Part shown: positions 61,119-64,000 of the stretch, one piece after another
How positions within the stretch are numbered: position 1 is the first letter of the stretch
How the letters are laid out: every line of letters begins with the position of its first letter
Assembly (NCBI RefSeq): GCF_003918875.1
Contig: NW_025765443.1
Coordinates: 62,001-126,000 of the forward strand
Direction of reading: 5' to 3'
DNA from: Haliotis rubra
Taxonomy: Eukaryota
Length of the DNA stretch: 64,000 bases
Notes under the pieces: model-generated
Seen by the model: only the letters and a program-made list of their open reading frames with translations
The model's database searches: none
Told to the model about the DNA's origin: nothing
Position numbers and translations under genes: made by a program

Positions 61119-61985
61119 ATATATATCGTGGAGTAGCGAGCAAATAGCCAAAATAACGAGAAAATACTTAATATTCCAAGAACGTGACTGAATTAACGAG
61201 AAAATTTAGTTGAAGTAGTAATTAAGAAATTACCGCAAAACCGATGGCAATCATGTTCCAAAGTCAACAGCTTCGAGTTCCCCTCAAACGTAAAGTACAT
61301 GTGCAACAATGATAAAACAGTTTTCCTGTAAACGCTTGTTGATGTTCGGAGTCGCCCTTACAGGAAAAGAAATGTTAGTGGTCAAGATACACGAGCGCCA
61401 AGTTCCTCGGAGCTTGATCTGTACAATGCATTTACATCATGCATGTACATGATAGATGTTTGTAAACGAACGAGGTGAACGTGACATGTAACTCCGCCTC
61501 TCTTTATTTATATTAGTATATTAAGGGTTTGCTCGTTGTTTAATCCAACACTCATCATGAGTATTTGAGCGTGTGAGTTTTAACTCATTAGAAAGTCATC
61601 ACCTGAGTCAACATTTGTTTGTTTGTTATTAAACTCAGCAATTTTTCAGTTATTTGGCAGCGATCTGTAAATAATCGAGACATTCCAGTAACTGACATCA
61701 TAAGCATAGCTCTATACAGCTGGGATACGATGACATGCATCAACTATGTTAACCAGTCTGACCACTCGATCCTGTTAGTCGCCTTATACGACAAGCATGG
61801 GTTTGCTTAAAATCCAATTACAGTATCTTAAGTGCTTTGGGATAGTATTGCATATTATTAATATTTCGAATTTGTCTCTCAGACTAAAAGAATGTTTCAA
61901 TATTCGAGTACTGAAAGCCTAAAGCTCATCAAATCAGGTTTGTCTGTGTTTTTATCACGATTATAAATGTTTGTTTTTCATTTAG

Positions 61986-62588
61986 GTACACGGCATCGGT
62001 TGGTTCTGGAAAGGACTACTAGCGGTTTGTGTCTTTGTGACTCTCACTGGTAAGGACTTTATTTACAGAATATGAAAGTGTAAATATCTCATATATTTGT
62101 TGGCAGGTATTAATAAGTAGTAATCACTTTCAATCGGGTTAATGTATCTCTTTTCAAACAGATGCCGAGTGTCAATGTAACACCACTACTGCCTGTGCCG
62201 TGTTCCCCTCTACTCCCTGTAGCCAGGTCGGTGATCCAGACAGATGTCAGGAAGGATGGTTCGGTAACTACTGCCAGAAACGTGGGTGTGGGGTAGATTG
62301 GTAGATGTAGTATCACGTTAAGAAGCCGCCGATATTTGTGAGACGCATTATGTATATATATTTCAGAAAACACTGCTTTGCGGAGATCTTGTAACCAGAG
62401 TAGCACATTGTGGAATAATGCAGGCCGGCATGGAGCCGGAGTTGGTGTAGACGGCATTGTCACCACAGATGCCAGGAACGAGCCATGTGCCCATACAAAT
62501 AATGAGTCAAATCCCACCTGGACTGTGAAACTGAACACTTCAGTTCCAGAGAAGATACAACACATCAGACTCTATATCCGTGAAATGC
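61986..62588 (+). CDS. Unit E: 5' exons of another receptor paralog (61986-62049 signal, 62162-62281 Cys/EGF, 62367-62588 FTP N-half); continues beyond the window
   Basis: GIGWFWKGLLAVCVFVTLT; DAECQCNTTTACAVFPSTPC..CQEGWFGNYCQK; NTALRRSCNQSS..GVDG..CAHT..RLYIREM; open frames and intact splice sites; start codon not located. Confidence 0.8.
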
Positions 62589-63084
62589 GTGAGTACACAT
62601 GTTTCAAGAAGCTATTTAAAGGTGACAAAATTCGAAAAGTCTCTTGAACATCGTGAGATTGACAATTTCGTCTTTCAACTAACAACTTTAACTTGTACAG
62701 CTAAATTCGAAACTTATTAACTTAAAAGATATTAATGAGCCAGAATATTTATTATTGTATCGATTTGAGACAGATTTCTGGGGATGTTTTACTCACGAAT
62801 GTTTACTTTTCAAGAGTCAAATGTTATATTCATCTAAACGGCATGGAGTAAGGTATAGCGTCATTAGAATAGTACAGGATGTTATGTCCCATTTGATGGA
62901 GTGATTGGTTTTACACGATTTGTTTTAGCAAAATTCCAGCAATCTCATGGTAGGGACACCAGAACTGAGCTTCACACACTGACTTAAATATAGGGAATAG
63001 AACCCGGGTCTTCAGCATGGCGATCACACGCTGTAACCATTAGGCTACCCCAACGCCTCTGTCCCATTTTAAAGATTGATTAAA

Positions 63085-63600
63085 TTACAACAGTATTTAT
63101 TAATGGCATAAAATAGTTTTCCACATTCTGTTTCAGATTGAAAGTTATCGTACACTGTAAAAACCAATCGTTTCACATCATACTATGTTGCGCGTGTAGT
63201 ACGTGTTTGCGCTGCTACTGCAGATGTTGTCTCTCTATATTAAAGATGTAAGCAGCTTTCTTGCACTGATGGGTCTAAAAATAGCCAACTGCAGATATTG
63301 TTGGGTGCATTGTCATGTACTGTACTGACATTACATTATAACAGTATATATTAATAGCATAAAATAGGTGTGCGCTTTCAGTTTCAGACTGAAAGTTAAG
63401 AAACACGGGAAACTCAAACTTTTCACATCATACTATGTTGCACGTGCAGTACGTGTTTGCGCTGTTACTGCAAATGTTGTGTCGCCTCGTTACAGATGTC
63501 AGCAACTTTCTTCCAGTGATGGTGGTAAAAGTAGCAAACAGCAGATATTGTTGGGTACAGAGTATTCATTTTCACGTACCGTATTGGCATAGTGTAGATT
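63085..63600. repeat. Local ~255-bp direct duplication in the unit E intron (single copy in unit D at ~41400-41660)
   Basis: catcatactatgttgc...gcagatattgttgggt occurs twice. Confidence 0.75.
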
Positions 63601-64000
63601 ATTTTTAGCTATTTTATAAATTTAAAAATTTATAGACTATAAATACTTTGTCCCTGTTTTGATCTGCAGAACGTTTTCTTCTTTTTAGCTAAACGGTTGA
63701 AAGGCCTTTGCCTACATGTTTTTTCTATTTTTCACTGGGGTTGTTATTTGGATAATTATGTTGGTTACAGTTCCCTGACTCAACTTTGTAGCATGGTAGG
63801 TCTATGCTTCTGAAAGAAACCCCCCGATTTTTAACGCTTTTTCAAAAGCCCTTCTCAATCAGAACCATACCCCTAAACATATAACTGAAATGTATAGTGA
63901 TAACTTGTTATTAACTGGAATTTGTACACAATTTGATATTTCTACTAAGGATGGATGATATTGCAGCAGTTTGTAACTTATCTTGGAGGAGCAACAAGGA

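Noticed and set aside
61488-61540. TAACTCCGCC resembling a twister ribozyme start
   Set aside because: The downstream pseudoknot partners and conserved motifs are absent.

Overview
AT-rich, intron-containing eukaryotic DNA. It is probably from a gastropod such as abalone, inferred only from the (ACTC)n-tailed SINE/LINE set and the gene type. Most of the window is a tandem array of six paralogous units (here A, B, B2, C, D, E), nearly all on the + strand. They encode a type I membrane receptor: signal peptide, short Cys-rich/EGF exon, F-type lectin (fucolectin/FTP) domain split over two exons, several phase-1/1 EGF-like exons (MEGF10/Draper/SREC-type), a TM helix and a short cytoplasmic tail with an ITAM-like YxxL-x10-12-YxxI motif. 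C and D can be assembled into near-complete models. A is damaged, B and B2 are truncated (B2 is partly inverted), and E runs off the window end. Paralog variation is concentrated in the lectin's sugar-binding loops. Transposable elements are dense: two full-length I-group (Nimb-like) LINEs with TSDs, several Tc1 elements, three SINE families, MITEs, a Kolobok-like element split by an inversion, and a Penelope-type GIY-YIG fragment. Each full-length LINE starts exactly with a sequence that folds as a minimal HDV-like self-cleaving ribozyme. Exon models were built by eye from splice signals and paralog alignment; no expression evidence is available.
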